Below, in pieces: positions 37,490 through 47,495 of a stretch of DNA of 64,000 bases. Where the stretch lies: NCBI GenBank assembly GCA_964372915.1, contig CAYJRN010000004.1, forward strand, positions 55,516 through 119,515, written 5' to 3'. The notes beneath the pieces were generated by a model, which had not been told where the DNA came from, did not search any database, and saw only the letters and a list, made by a program, of their open reading frames with translations. Position 1 is the stretch's first letter. Each line of letters begins with the position of its first letter. The translations under genes were made by a program, and so were the position numbers. Source of the DNA: an uncultured Planctomycetales bacterium. GTDB taxonomy: Bacteria; Omnitrophota; Gorgyraeia; Zapsychrales; JAHFFX01.

Positions 37490-38632
37490 ATGAAACGAAA
37501 TCTGCTGCTCACCCCGGGTCCCACGCAAATTCCAGATTCGGTCCGCGAAATTCTAGGCCGGCCGATCATTCATCACCGCACGCCGCAATTCCAGGCGGCT
37601 TTAAAAGAAGCGGCGGAAGGGCTCAAGGATATTTTTCAGACCCGTAATGATGTCCTCATTCTCACTTCCTCGGGCACCGGCGGGATGGAAGCGGCTGTCT
37701 GTAATCTTCTCTCCAAGGGCGACAAGGCGATTTCTGTTGAGGGCGGTAAGTTCGGCGAGCGCTGGAGCGAGCTGTCCCGAGCCTATGGCGTCGATATCCG
37801 TGTGATCAAGGTCAAGTGGGGGCAGACGGTTGACCCGAATGAAATCAAAAAGCTTTTGGACGCCCAAAAAGATATTAAAGCGGTATTCGTCACGCTCGTT
37901 GAAACCTCGACGGGAGTGACCAGCGATATCAAGGCCATCGGGGACATGGTTAAGAAAACCCCCGCGGTCTTGGTGGTGGATGCCATCAGCGGGCTGGGCG
38001 CAACGGAACTCAAAGCTGACGAATGGGGCGTGGATGTGGTTGTGTCAGGCTCACAAAAAGGATTGATGCTGCCGCCGGGTTTGGCATTCGTGAGCGTTTC
38101 TTCCAAAGCCTGGGCCTTAATCGAAAGATCCACGAATCCCAAATATTATTTCGATCTTAAAGCGGCCAAGAGAGCGGCAGAAAAAGCCGATACGCCTTAC
38201 ACGCCGGCCATCAATATCATTTTGGCTTTAAATGAATCCATTCGTCTTATCAGGGAAGCGGGGATAGACAAATTGTTGGCCCATTATGCGCGCCTGGCCA
38301 AGGCCACCCGCGCGGCGGCCAAGGCTTTGAACCTCACGCTGTTCGCGGATGAGAAATGCGTTTCCAACGTCGTGACGGCAATCAATTTGCCGGCGGGGAT
38401 CGATGGTGAGAAACTCGTGAAAGTCATGCGCGACACCTATGGCATCAGTGTTGCCGGCGGGCAAGATACCTTGAAAGGCAAAATTGTCCGCTTCTCACAG
38501 ATGGGATGCCTGGATGAGTATGATATCTTAACGGGAATTTCCTGCTTTGAAAAAGTTTTAAACGAGATGGGGTATAAGTTCACTTTGGGCGCTGGAGTCG
38601 CCGCGGCCCAGAAAGTTCTCAATACTCAATAA
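37490..38632 (+). CDS. serC: Class V aminotransferase, probable phosphoserine aminotransferase (AGXT-like SerC)
   Basis: MKRNLLLTPGPTQIPDSV… class V fold-type I N-terminus; immediately upstream of serA. Confidence 0.6.
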   Translation: MKRNLLLTPGPTQIPDSVREILGRPIIHHRTPQFQAALKEAAEGLKDIFQTRNDVLILTSSGTGGMEAAVCNLLSKGDKAISVEGGKFGERWSELSRAYGVDIRVIKVKWGQTVDPNEIKKLLDAQKDIKAVFVTLVETSTGVTSDIKAIGDMVKKTPAVLVVDAISGLGATELKADEWGVDVVVSGSQKGLMLPPGLAFVSVSSKAWALIERSTNPKYYFDLKAAKRAAEKADTPYTPAINIILALNESIRLIREAGIDKLLAHYARLAKATRAAAKALNLTLFADEKCVSNVVTAINLPAGIDGEKLVKVMRDTYGISVAGGQDTLKGKIVRFSQMGCLDEYDILTGISCFEKVLNEMGYKFTLGAGVAAAQKVLNTQ

Positions 38633-38636
38633 GCCA

Positions 38637-40232
38637 TTGGAGCGAACGATGAAGATCTTGATTACCGATAAGCTGGCGCAGGAGGGCGTGGACATCCTCA
38701 AAGCCGTTAAAGAATTTACGGTGGACTGCAAGTTCGGCATAAAATCCGATGAGCTTAAAGCCATCATCAAGGATTACGATGCCTTGATCATCCGCAGCGA
38801 GACGAATCTCACGGCCGATATCATAGAAAAGGCTGACCGCCTGAAAGTGATCGGCCGCGCGGGGGTGGGACTGGACAATGTGGACTTGAAGGCCGCCACT
38901 CGAAAAGGGATCGTGGTCATGAATACGCCGGCCGGCAACACGACCTCGACGGCGGAACACACCATGAGTATGATCCTTGCCTTATCGCGCAATATCCCTC
39001 AGGCCTGCGCGTCCTTGAAGTCGGGAAAATGGGAACGTTCCAAGTTTACCGGCGTTGAGCTCTACGGCAAGACGCTGGGCGTCATTGGCCTGGGACGTAT
39101 TGGTTCAACGGTTGCCCGGATGGCTAAAGGTTTTGGCATGAAGATCGTTGCCTGTGATCCATTTCTTTCAAATGAAGTAGCTGCCAAGATGGGGGTCGAA
39201 ATGGCGGAATTGGAATCGCTTCTTAAGACCTCCGACTACATCACGATTCATATTCCTAAAGGTACGGACAGCCGGAGCCTGATTTCAAGACCGGAATTCG
39301 CCCTTATGAAAAAAGGTGTGCGCATCATCAATTGCGCGCGCGGCGGCATCATCGATGAGACCGCCTTGGCTGAGGCGCTTGCCAACAAAACGATTGCGGG
39401 TTGCGCCTTGGATGTTTTTGAAAAAGAACCCCCCAGCGCCGGTCATCCGCTCTTAAAGTTCGACCATTGCGTGGCCACGCCGCATTTGGGAGCAGCTACT
39501 TCCGAGGCGCAGCTCAACGTGGCCATCGAGATCGCCGAGTGCGCGCGCAATGCTTTATTAGGGAAGGGCATCGTGAATGCCGCCAACTTTCCCTCGGTCA
39601 GTGCTGAGGCTTACAAAGTGCTTGAACCCTACATCGATTTGGCGGAACGCATGGGACGCTTTTCCGGACAACTCATTAACGGTCCCATTAAGGAAATCAA
39701 AATTACCTATAGCGGGACCGTTACCAATTACAAAGTGGCTCCCGTGACGATGGCGATCGTCTTCGGAGTTTTGTCGCCTATCTTAGGGGAGACGATTAAT
39801 CTTGTGAACGCCGTCGATTACGCCCGCGAGCGGGGCATCAACGTCCAAGAAATCCAGTCGACCAAAGAAGAGGAATTTGTGAATCTTGTGAGCCTGGAAG
39901 TCGTTTCTGACCACGACACGTTTTCTTTATGGGGGACGCTGTCCGCCAATAATAAACCGCGCATTGTCCGCGTCAACAAAATTTACGTGGAGGCGACTCC
40001 CGACGGATACATGCTGTTCATCAACAATAATGATAAGCCCGGCATCGTTGGTGCCGTCGGAACTATTCTTGCCCAGGCGAACATCAATATCGGCAGCATC
40101 AGCTTTGGCCGTGAGGTGCAAGGCGGACAGGTTGTGAGCGTGGTCAATGTTGATAGTGAAGTTCCCAATGGGGTGATCGAGAAGCTGCGTAAGACCAAAG
40201 ATATTCTTTTTGTCAAATTGATCGAGGTCTAA
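38637..40232 (+). CDS. serA: D-3-phosphoglycerate dehydrogenase with C-terminal ACT domain
   Basis: 531 aa; GLGRIGSTVA NAD motif, 2-hydroxyacid dehydrogenase catalytic region, ASB and ACT C-terminus. Confidence 0.88.
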   Translation: MERTMKILITDKLAQEGVDILKAVKEFTVDCKFGIKSDELKAIIKDYDALIIRSETNLTADIIEKADRLKVIGRAGVGLDNVDLKAATRKGIVVMNTPAGNTTSTAEHTMSMILALSRNIPQACASLKSGKWERSKFTGVELYGKTLGVIGLGRIGSTVARMAKGFGMKIVACDPFLSNEVAAKMGVEMAELESLLKTSDYITIHIPKGTDSRSLISRPEFALMKKGVRIINCARGGIIDETALAEALANKTIAGCALDVFEKEPPSAGHPLLKFDHCVATPHLGAATSEAQLNVAIEIAECARNALLGKGIVNAANFPSVSAEAYKVLEPYIDLAERMGRFSGQLINGPIKEIKITYSGTVTNYKVAPVTMAIVFGVLSPILGETINLVNAVDYARERGINVQEIQSTKEEEFVNLVSLEVVSDHDTFSLWGTLSANNKPRIVRVNKIYVEATPDGYMLFINNNDKPGIVGAVGTILAQANINIGSISFGREVQGGQVVSVVNVDSEVPNGVIEKLRKTKDILFVKLIEV

Positions 40233-40235
40233 CCT

Positions 40236-40949
40236 ATGCCTTTTTTTGTGGCCGGGGCCGCCGACGGGACGAATCCTTTGGCGCTTTCAACGCTGGTCAT
40301 CTTTATTCTGATTCTTTTATTTTTACGGCGTAATCGTCAAGAAGTCTTGATGACCGGTATCATCTTTATCGGTACGATTCTTTTTACTAATTTTTTGGCC
40401 AAGAATTATTTTTTTGACGAGCTCTTTGATACGGATGTATTTTATTATATCGCGCAATGGACATATCTTTTTTTGGGTTTGGGCGCCTTGGCCGCCGGGG
40501 CGGTGAATCTTTATGACTGGTGGAAGATCAAAACGACCGGCGAGATAAAAGATAGTTTTTTAAAACGTTCGCCGATTTCCACCGTTCAAGCAAAAAAGGT
40601 TTCTTTCCGCTGGTTTTTTGTGGCGACTTTTTCTTTTTTCACGGCACTCTTTTTGTCCTTGATTCAATCGGTCTATCCGTCTCCGCCGTACTTGCAGGCT
40701 TTGGTCGATGTTTATCTCATCCATAAGCTTAATCAAGAACTGGCGTTTTATCTTTTGATTTACAGCTTCATGAGTGTTCTTCCGCTGGTTTTAGCGTTGG
40801 TTTTTGTCCTGATCGGATTTTTTTCTCTGCGATTCACGAATTTTTTAGGCTTTCGGGCCAGGACCGTTAAGATCGCCGCATCAGCTTTTTTTGGAGCTTG
40901 GGGACTAGGCCTACTCTATCAACTCAACAAATCCATTTTTGGAGGATAA
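40236..40949 (+). CDS. Hypothetical cysteine-free polytopic membrane protein (~6 TM)
   Basis: 237 aa, strongly hydrophobic segments, no recognisable motif. Confidence 0.45.
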   Translation: MPFFVAGAADGTNPLALSTLVIFILILLFLRRNRQEVLMTGIIFIGTILFTNFLAKNYFFDELFDTDVFYYIAQWTYLFLGLGALAAGAVNLYDWWKIKTTGEIKDSFLKRSPISTVQAKKVSFRWFFVATFSFFTALFLSLIQSVYPSPPYLQALVDVYLIHKLNQELAFYLLIYSFMSVLPLVLALVFVLIGFFSLRFTNFLGFRARTVKIAASAFFGAWGLGLLYQLNKSIFGG

Positions 40950-40961
40950 CAGAAGGATCAT

Positions 40962-41879
40962 ATGAAAAAAATTTTCTTTGTTCTTTTTGTAGTGTTTCTG
41001 CTCTCAGTTTCTCTTTTAAATGCGCAAGAGAAGGGGAAGGTTGCCCCTAAGGAGACCTTAACGAAAACGGCCGCTAAACCGTCTTTAGACCTTTGGGTGA
41101 TTGTCCCTTCGGATTGTCGCACCTGTCAGTTGGGACCCGTTGTGGACTCCTTGAAATCTTTTTTTCCGGATATTCAACCTCAACTCATAAGTTCGGCGGA
41201 ACCCTCAACGGTGGAAATGATTAAGCAGTTCAAAATTACGATGCTGCCGGCGTATCTCTTTTCCAAGTCTCTGGACAAAGAGGCGAACTTTGAGAAATTT
41301 CAACAAGCCGTTGAGCCCATCGCAGACAAGTACTACATGAAGCCCTCGCTTTCAGGCGTTTCTTACTTTTTGAATCGTCCGTTTAAGGCCGGCAGGCTTG
41401 ACTTGTTCGTCTTCATTTCCGCTAAAGAAAGTTTGCCCATCTTGAAGATGGTGGAAGGGATCGTGGAGCAAAAGCAAAGTTCCAAGAAGTTCACGCTCCA
41501 TTTGATTGGCAGAGAGAATCCGCAAAAAAAAGGAGAATTTCTTTCTCCCATGGGCAATCGGGAAGTGGAGGAGGGAAAACTGTTCGCCTGCATTGATGCT
41601 TATGCGCCGAAAGCCGCGGGGCAGTATCTGACCTGCCGTATGGCCGATAGCAACAGTCTTTTTTGGGAAGATTGTTTTCAGTCTAAGAGCGCTTCAAAAG
41701 ATAAAATCAAGGCATGCGTGAAGGGTGAAGAGGGCAAGCGGCTATACTTAGAAAAAATCAAGATGTCTCAGGAGTGGCAGATCTTGTATGGGCCGCTGTT
41801 TGCCTTGAACAACGTTGAGATTTTCGGTGTCACGTCCCAGTCCACGATCAACGATGTTTTGAACGCCATTGGACAGTAG
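40962..41879 (+). CDS. Hypothetical secreted protein with N-terminal CxxC (thioredoxin/DsbA-like?)
   Basis: Signal peptide MKKIFFVLFVVFLLSVSLLNAQE; …VIVPSDCRTCQLGP… then …ITMLPAYLF… reminiscent of a thioredoxin fold; additional Cys pairs C-terminally. Confidence 0.4.
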   Translation: MKKIFFVLFVVFLLSVSLLNAQEKGKVAPKETLTKTAAKPSLDLWVIVPSDCRTCQLGPVVDSLKSFFPDIQPQLISSAEPSTVEMIKQFKITMLPAYLFSKSLDKEANFEKFQQAVEPIADKYYMKPSLSGVSYFLNRPFKAGRLDLFVFISAKESLPILKMVEGIVEQKQSSKKFTLHLIGRENPQKKGEFLSPMGNREVEEGKLFACIDAYAPKAAGQYLTCRMADSNSLFWEDCFQSKSASKDKIKACVKGEEGKRLYLEKIKMSQEWQILYGPLFALNNVEIFGVTSQSTINDVLNAIGQ

Positions 41880-41918
41880 TTTCTACTGACCTTTTCCTTT
41901 CCAAAGACATTAAGGAAG

Positions 41919-42020
41919 GCCAGTATCTCGTCCTCACTTCCTCTGTATTTAAGGAAAGTGAGGACTGTCCCAGTTTCCTCTGGATCAATTTTAAGGAAAA
42001 CAGGGACGATGATTGTTCTC
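41919..42020. repeat. MITE-like repeat element C, copy 2 (inverted relative to copy 1)
   Basis: Reverse complement matches 12829-12936; flanked by inverted repeats gacgatgattgttctc / gaggaacaatcgtc. Confidence 0.7.
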
Positions 42021-42074
42021 TTAAGAAAACCCTGTTTAGAGGAACAATCGTCAATAAAAGAGGGTTATCCATTC

Positions 42075-43346
42075 ATGAATATTGCTGTTGTGGGAGCGCA
42101 ATGGGGCGATGAGGGCAAGGGGAAGCTCATCGATATTCTTTCCAAAGATACCGACATCACGGCGCGTTATCAAGGCGGAAATAATGCCGGGCACACGGTC
42201 GTTGTCGAAGATGAGGTATATGTGTTTCACCTCATCCCTTCCGCCGTCTTGCGCAAAGGCAAGGTTTGTGTCATCGGCAACGGTGCCGTCATTGACCCTA
42301 AGGCTTTGCTGGAAGAGATCGATGGTTTGACTAAGCGGGGAATTCCCGTGAATTCCAAGAAGCTCAAGATTTCCGGACATGCCCACGTGGTCATGCCCTA
42401 CCATCGGATCCTCGATGGATTACGTGAGTCCAAACGCAAGAATAAAATCGGGACAACGGGGCGCGGCATTGGTCCTTGTTACTCTGATAAAGTGAGTCGC
42501 TGCGGGATCCGGATGATCGATCTTTTGAACCCGCGAATCCTTAAGGGAAAACTGGAAGATAATTTAAGAGAGAAGAATGAGATTTTCTCAAAAGTTTATG
42601 ACCAGAATGATTTTTCCTTGGGGAATATTTACAATGAGTACTTGGGCTACGGTGAAAGGCTTAAAAATTTTGTCTGCGACACGGCCATTTTTTTAAACCG
42701 CGAAATCGATAAGAAGAAATCGGTCCTTTTTGAAGGCGCGCAAGGCACGTTTCTTGATATTGATTTTGGGACCTATCCTTTCGTCACTTCTTCCAATTCT
42801 ATTGTGGGCGGTGTGTCTTCCGGCACGGGAGTTCCTCCCACCAAGATCGATAAGGTGATTGCCTGTGTCAAGGCCTATACGACACGGGTGGGAGAGGGGC
42901 CGTTTCCCACGGAGTTCTCTGATAATCTTAAAGAAGATATCCGCAATAAAGGCCAGGAGTTCGGCGCCACCACCGGGCGCCCCCGGCGCTGCGGTTGGTT
43001 CGACAGCGTGCTGGTCAAATACTCGGCGATCATCAATGGGATTTCCGAACTCGCCATCATGAAACTCGATGTGTTGGATGATCTTAAAAAAATCAAAATC
43101 TGTACCGCTTATAAATATCAGGGAAAGGTCTATAAAGATTTCCCTATGGATCTTGAAGTCTTGAGCCGTGCCGAAGCCCTCTACGAAGAGCTGGACGGCT
43201 GGCAAACGGTCATTTGCGAGGTCCGTAAGTATAAGGATCTTCCCAAAAACGCGAGGGGCTATGTCGAGCGCCTGGAGGCCATGGTGGGGGTGAGGATCAA
43301 GTACGTTTCCATCGGTTCCAAAAGAGATCAGATCATTATCCGTTAA
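42075..43346 (+). CDS. purA: Adenylosuccinate synthetase
   Basis: Start MNIAVVGAQWGDEGKGKLIDIL; GHTVVV…TTGRGIGP… motifs; the ORF-track frame extends upstream into repeat C, but the conserved N-terminus starts at 42075. Confidence 0.9.
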   Translation: MNIAVVGAQWGDEGKGKLIDILSKDTDITARYQGGNNAGHTVVVEDEVYVFHLIPSAVLRKGKVCVIGNGAVIDPKALLEEIDGLTKRGIPVNSKKLKISGHAHVVMPYHRILDGLRESKRKNKIGTTGRGIGPCYSDKVSRCGIRMIDLLNPRILKGKLEDNLREKNEIFSKVYDQNDFSLGNIYNEYLGYGERLKNFVCDTAIFLNREIDKKKSVLFEGAQGTFLDIDFGTYPFVTSSNSIVGGVSSGTGVPPTKIDKVIACVKAYTTRVGEGPFPTEFSDNLKEDIRNKGQEFGATTGRPRRCGWFDSVLVKYSAIINGISELAIMKLDVLDDLKKIKICTAYKYQGKVYKDFPMDLEVLSRAEALYEELDGWQTVICEVRKYKDLPKNARGYVERLEAMVGVRIKYVSIGSKRDQIIIR

Positions 43347-43459
43347 CATTTTACGTGTCAAAAAGATAGGTAATTTTACAAGCCTCGGCTAGAGAATCCT
43401 TTGTGATTTTTCATCAATGCTCGACGAGTGGAGGCAGCGCTGACTACCTTAGAAAAATC

Positions 43460-43488
43460 TTGACTTTAAAAAGTGCGCATGTTATTGT
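43460..43488 (+). promoter_or_regulatory. Putative sigma70-like promoter upstream of the OmpA-like gene
   Basis: TTGACT, 17 nt, TATTGT; weak -10. Confidence 0.3.
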
Positions 43489-43545
43489 GGGTCTAATTCT
43501 TTACCCCTCTTGCGGGGTTTACCGATAAAAATAGGGATTTTTCTT

Positions 43546-44154
43546 ATGAAATTTTTAAAGGCAACGGCTTTCATTGTGGGAGTTGGTCTTGTCTCATCCG
43601 GCTGTACAGTTATTTTCCAAAAAGGTCGTCGCGCGGACGTTGAAAAGATCTCCCATCTCAGCGGTCAATTGAGCGAATTGGAGAAGGCAAAAGTCGAACT
43701 GGAGGATCGCCTCAAGCAGGAAATCTCCGATAAACAAGTGAAGGTGGAAATGCTCGAGAAGGGGCTCGTCATCACCTTTATGTCGGAGGTGCTCTTTGAT
43801 TCCGGGAAGGCGCATTTGCGTAACGACTCCTTGTCGAAACTCGATAAAGTGGGAAGTGTCCTTAATACCACCGTCAAGAATTTGAATGTTGGCATCGAGG
43901 GACATACCGATAATATCCCGATCAAGTACTCCGGTTGGAAGTCGAATTGGGAGCTGTCCTCGGCTCGCGCCATGAGCGTTCTGCATTATCTCATCGAGAG
44001 TCAAAAAGTGGCCCCGGCTCGTTTGGCGGCGACCGGCTACGGGGAATACCGGCCCGTTGCCTCCAATGACACAGCGGATGGCTGTCAGAAAAATCGGCGT
44101 GTGGAAATCGTCATTCTTCCAAAGACCACACAAGAAAAAACGGGAACGGAATAA
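43546..44154 (+). CDS. OmpA-family peptidoglycan-associated (lipo)protein with N-terminal coiled coil
   Basis: Signal + …LVSSGC lipobox-like; C-terminal OmpA domain GHTDNIP…NWELSSARAMSV…NRRVEIVI. Confidence 0.75.
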   Translation: MKFLKATAFIVGVGLVSSGCTVIFQKGRRADVEKISHLSGQLSELEKAKVELEDRLKQEISDKQVKVEMLEKGLVITFMSEVLFDSGKAHLRNDSLSKLDKVGSVLNTTVKNLNVGIEGHTDNIPIKYSGWKSNWELSSARAMSVLHYLIESQKVAPARLAATGYGEYRPVASNDTADGCQKNRRVEIVILPKTTQEKTGTE

Positions 44155-44160
44155 TACTCA

Positions 44161-44562
44161 ATGTCCATGAAGCGGAGGGAAAACGTGAGCGATAAGATAA
44201 AGAATGCGATTCTTCTTGTGGCAGTGGTTTTGACGATCGGCTCGTGTCTTATAGCCGTCAGTTCCGGCCGGGCGGCTCAGAAGATGCAGCAAAGTTTGGA
44301 TCAGGAGCGTTATCAACGAATGGTTGCCGAGGAAAAGCTCGAAAAATCATCTTTACAGATTGCCTCTCTGGAATCGGAATTGGACAGCGTTAAGGGCAAA
44401 ATTCAGGGAATCCAGGCGATCATGCAAGATGGCAACCACGCGAACGCGGATTTGAAGATTCAGCTGGAGAGTATTACCAAAGTGAAGGAATCCCTCGAGA
44501 AGCAACTGGAAGAAATGCAAAGAGCGCAAGGGGAAGCCCCGCAGGTTAAGGCGGCTCCTTAA
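44161..44562 (+). CDS. Hypothetical membrane-anchored coiled-coil protein
   Basis: N-terminal TM (ILLVAVVLTIGSCLIAV) then heptad-rich …QIASLESELDSVKGKIQGIQ…; no assignable family. Confidence 0.4.
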   Translation: MSMKRRENVSDKIKNAILLVAVVLTIGSCLIAVSSGRAAQKMQQSLDQERYQRMVAEEKLEKSSLQIASLESELDSVKGKIQGIQAIMQDGNHANADLKIQLESITKVKESLEKQLEEMQRAQGEAPQVKAAP

Positions 44563-44667
44563 GGCGCCGGCGGAATGGCGGCGGAGGGGTCACCCAATAG
44601 GTGTTAGCTATGCTTAACTTTCGCTAAAAGCATTCACGCTTCGATGAAGTTGAGAAGAGGACGTTAG

Positions 44668-44697
44668 ATGGGGGATCACAAATCCCCCATTTTTCTT
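44668..44697 (+). terminator. Rho-independent terminator
   Basis: atggggga-tcacaa-atcccccat followed by TTTTCTT. Confidence 0.7.
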
Positions 44698-44761
44698 GTC
44701 GGCGTATCCTCAATGTCACCAAAGCGTAAGTTTTAAATAATTTTAGATAAGGAAATACGTT

Positions 44762-45490
44762 TTGATGAGCTCTAAACATCTTCCCCATCTTCCCCAGCAC
44801 GTCGCTATCATTATGGACGGAAACGGCCGTTGGGCGCAGAAAAGACGCCAGCCCCGCACTCAAGGCCATCTGGAGGGAGTCAAACGTGTGGAGGAAATCG
44901 TTGCGCTCGCGCAGAGGATGGGGATCAAGGTCCTCACTCTTTTTACCTTTTCAACGGAAAACTGGACCCGTCCCAAGAATGAGGTCTCGATGCTGATGCG
45001 CACGCTCATCACGGTTCTTAATTCTAAGGTGAAGAGTTTAAATAAACGTAATGTGCGGTTACAGTTCATTGGCCGTAAGAACGGTTTGCCGGATATGGTC
45101 GTAAAGAGCATGACTTCCACAGCGGAACTGACGAAAAATAACACCGGGCTCATCGTTAATTTGGCGTTCAATTACGGCGGGCGGATGGAAATCTTGGACG
45201 CCGTCAAGAAGATCGCCGCGCGCGTTAAAGGAGGCGAAATTAAGCCCGAGAACATTGACGAGCAACTTTTAAGCGACAACCTTTATACCGGCGGTTTGCC
45301 GGACCCGGATTTTTTGATCAGGACCTCCGGTGAAAAACGGATCAGCAATTTTCTTCTTTGGCAGCTTTCGTATGCCGAACTTTATTTTACCGAGAAGTTT
45401 TGGCCGGAGTTTGACAAACAGGAATTTAAGAAAGCCATTGCCGATTATCAATCCAGAGACAGACGCTACGGGAATGTGTCGGTCCAATGA
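44762..45490 (+). CDS. uppS: Undecaprenyl pyrophosphate synthase
   Basis: HVAIIMDGNGRWA…FSTENW…LLWQ… cis-IPPS motifs. Confidence 0.9.
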   Translation: MMSSKHLPHLPQHVAIIMDGNGRWAQKRRQPRTQGHLEGVKRVEEIVALAQRMGIKVLTLFTFSTENWTRPKNEVSMLMRTLITVLNSKVKSLNKRNVRLQFIGRKNGLPDMVVKSMTSTAELTKNNTGLIVNLAFNYGGRMEILDAVKKIAARVKGGEIKPENIDEQLLSDNLYTGGLPDPDFLIRTSGEKRISNFLLWQLSYAELYFTEKFWPEFDKQEFKKAIADYQSRDRRYGNVSVQ

Positions 45491-46338
45491 GGATATCCAT
45501 GACGCTCAAGCGCTGCATCAGTTCACTGGTTAGCATCGTCATTACCACGCTGGCCATTCTCAATGAATGGGTCTTTGTGGCGGTGATCGCAGGGCTCACC
45601 CTGGGAGGATTGTACGAGTTCTTTTACATGATCAAGAAGAAAGGGATTCCCATTTACAGTTATGTGGGGATCTTTATCGGCTTTCTTATTCCGGCTTCGA
45701 TTTATACGCGTTTTGAGCTGACCCGCAACTGGGAACTTCTTTTTATCGTCGTCGGGTTGTTGCTTTTGTTGCTGTCGCAATTCGGGCGTCAAGACAATCG
45801 CAACGCCATCGTGGGGATTTCCACAACGCTTTTCGGCGTTTTGTATGTTTCGTGGTTTTTTAGTTTTCTGGTTAAGATCCGTTTGCTCATTCCTAATTCC
45901 GACGGGACGGCCAGCCTGTATGGAATTAAACTTTTGGGTTTTATCGTCCTGGTCACCAAAGCCGGAGATATCGGGGCGCTGTTGGTTGGGAGTATTTGCG
46001 GGAAGCATCCGCTTTTGCCTAAAGTCAGCCCCAATAAATCCGTGGAGGGGTGCCTGGGGAATTTTGTCTTTAGCGTCCTTGCGGCTGTTTTGGGCAAATC
46101 CCTGCTTCCGGAATTCTTGAACTTTCCTCTGGTGCAGGTGGCCATGATGGGAGCTTTCTTCGGCGGCATGGGACAACTGGGCGATCTGTCCGAATCGCTC
46201 ATTAAACGTGATTGTAACGTCAAGGATTCAGGGAAATTGCTCCCCGGCATGGGCGGGGTTCTGGACATTATCGACAGCTTGCTTTTCTCGGCCCCTGCGT
46301 TTTATCTTTATATGAGCTCCGCGCTGAACATGAGGTAA
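45487..46338 (+). CDS. cdsA: Phosphatidate cytidylyltransferase
   Basis: Polytopic; C-terminal …SPNKSVEGCLGN…DSLIKRDCNVKDSG… CTP-transferase signature. Confidence 0.85.
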   Translation: MRISMTLKRCISSLVSIVITTLAILNEWVFVAVIAGLTLGGLYEFFYMIKKKGIPIYSYVGIFIGFLIPASIYTRFELTRNWELLFIVVGLLLLLLSQFGRQDNRNAIVGISTTLFGVLYVSWFFSFLVKIRLLIPNSDGTASLYGIKLLGFIVLVTKAGDIGALLVGSICGKHPLLPKVSPNKSVEGCLGNFVFSVLAAVLGKSLLPEFLNFPLVQVAMMGAFFGGMGQLGDLSESLIKRDCNVKDSGKLLPGMGGVLDIIDSLLFSAPAFYLYMSSALNMR

Positions 46339-46343
46339 ACTGT

Positions 46344-47495
46344 ATGGGCCGTAAAAAAGTTGCCATCTTGGGCTCCACGGGTTCGATCGGTATTAATACG
46401 CTTAAAGTGATTGACCGCTATCCCGATCTCTTCAAAGTGGTGGCTTTAAGCGCCAATAATAACATTGAACTTCTCAGTGCCCAGATCAAGAAATATTCGC
46501 CGGAATTTGTCGCGGTCAATGTCCAGGGTATTGATGAGCTCAAAAAACGGGCCGGTTTTAAAAATTTTAAGTTTTTTAATGTTAAAGACGTGACCAGTCT
46601 CGTGGAATGTTCTGGCGCCGGCATCCTGGTTCTTGCGATGAGCGGCTCCGCGGCGCTGCCGCCTTTTTTAAGCGCGGTCCGTCTTGGGATGAGGGTAGCC
46701 CCCGCCAATAAAGAGGCACTCGTCATGGCGGGAGACATCATCATGCGCGAGGCCAAGAAATACGGGGCCACCATTATTCCCATCGATAGCGAGCAGAGTG
46801 CGATTTTTCAATGCCTCGCCGGCCATGATAGAAATGAATTGAAGAAGGTTTTGTTGACCGCCTCCGGCGGGTCTTTGTATCGCACCAACCCTAAGACTTG
46901 GAGTCGAATTTCCGTCCGTGAGGTTTTGAGGCATCCGCGTTGGAAAATGGGAAAGAAGATCACCGTCGATTCGGCGACCTTGATGAACAAGGGTTTTGAG
47001 GTGATCGAAGCGAAGATGCTCTTTGGTTTGGAAGTGGATCAGATTGAGGTCGTGATTCATCCGGAAGCGATCATTCATTCGATGGTGGAGTTCAAAGATG
47101 GTTCGCTTTTGGCGCAGATGGGCGTTACGGATATGCGGCTGCCCATTCAGTACGCGCTGACCTATCCAAAACGTTTGTCATCGGATGTAAGGCCCATGGA
47201 TTTCTCTCAGGTGAGCCGGTTGACGTTTGGAAAACCGGACTTTAAGAAATTTCCGGCGCTGTCCTTGGCGTTTTACTGCGCGAAAAAAGGCGGGACGCTT
47301 CCCTGTGTCCTCGCCGCCGCCGATGAAGAAGCGGTCTCTGCTTTTTTAGAAGGAAGGATTGGATTTTTGCAGGTTTATTCCGTCGTTAAGAAGGTTGTTT
47401 TAAAACACAGGAACGTTTTGAATCCTGAGCTTAAAAATATCATGGCCGCCGATACCTGGGCCCGGGAAGAAGCTCAAAAAATCATCTTAAACTAA
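46344..47495 (+). CDS. dxr: 1-deoxy-D-xylulose 5-phosphate reductoisomerase
   Basis: KVAILGSTGSIGINTL NADPH motif and the Dxr central/C-terminal domains. Confidence 0.9.
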   Translation: MGRKKVAILGSTGSIGINTLKVIDRYPDLFKVVALSANNNIELLSAQIKKYSPEFVAVNVQGIDELKKRAGFKNFKFFNVKDVTSLVECSGAGILVLAMSGSAALPPFLSAVRLGMRVAPANKEALVMAGDIIMREAKKYGATIIPIDSEQSAIFQCLAGHDRNELKKVLLTASGGSLYRTNPKTWSRISVREVLRHPRWKMGKKITVDSATLMNKGFEVIEAKMLFGLEVDQIEVVIHPEAIIHSMVEFKDGSLLAQMGVTDMRLPIQYALTYPKRLSSDVRPMDFSQVSRLTFGKPDFKKFPALSLAFYCAKKGGTLPCVLAAADEEAVSAFLEGRIGFLQVYSVVKKVVLKHRNVLNPELKNIMAADTWAREEAQKIILN

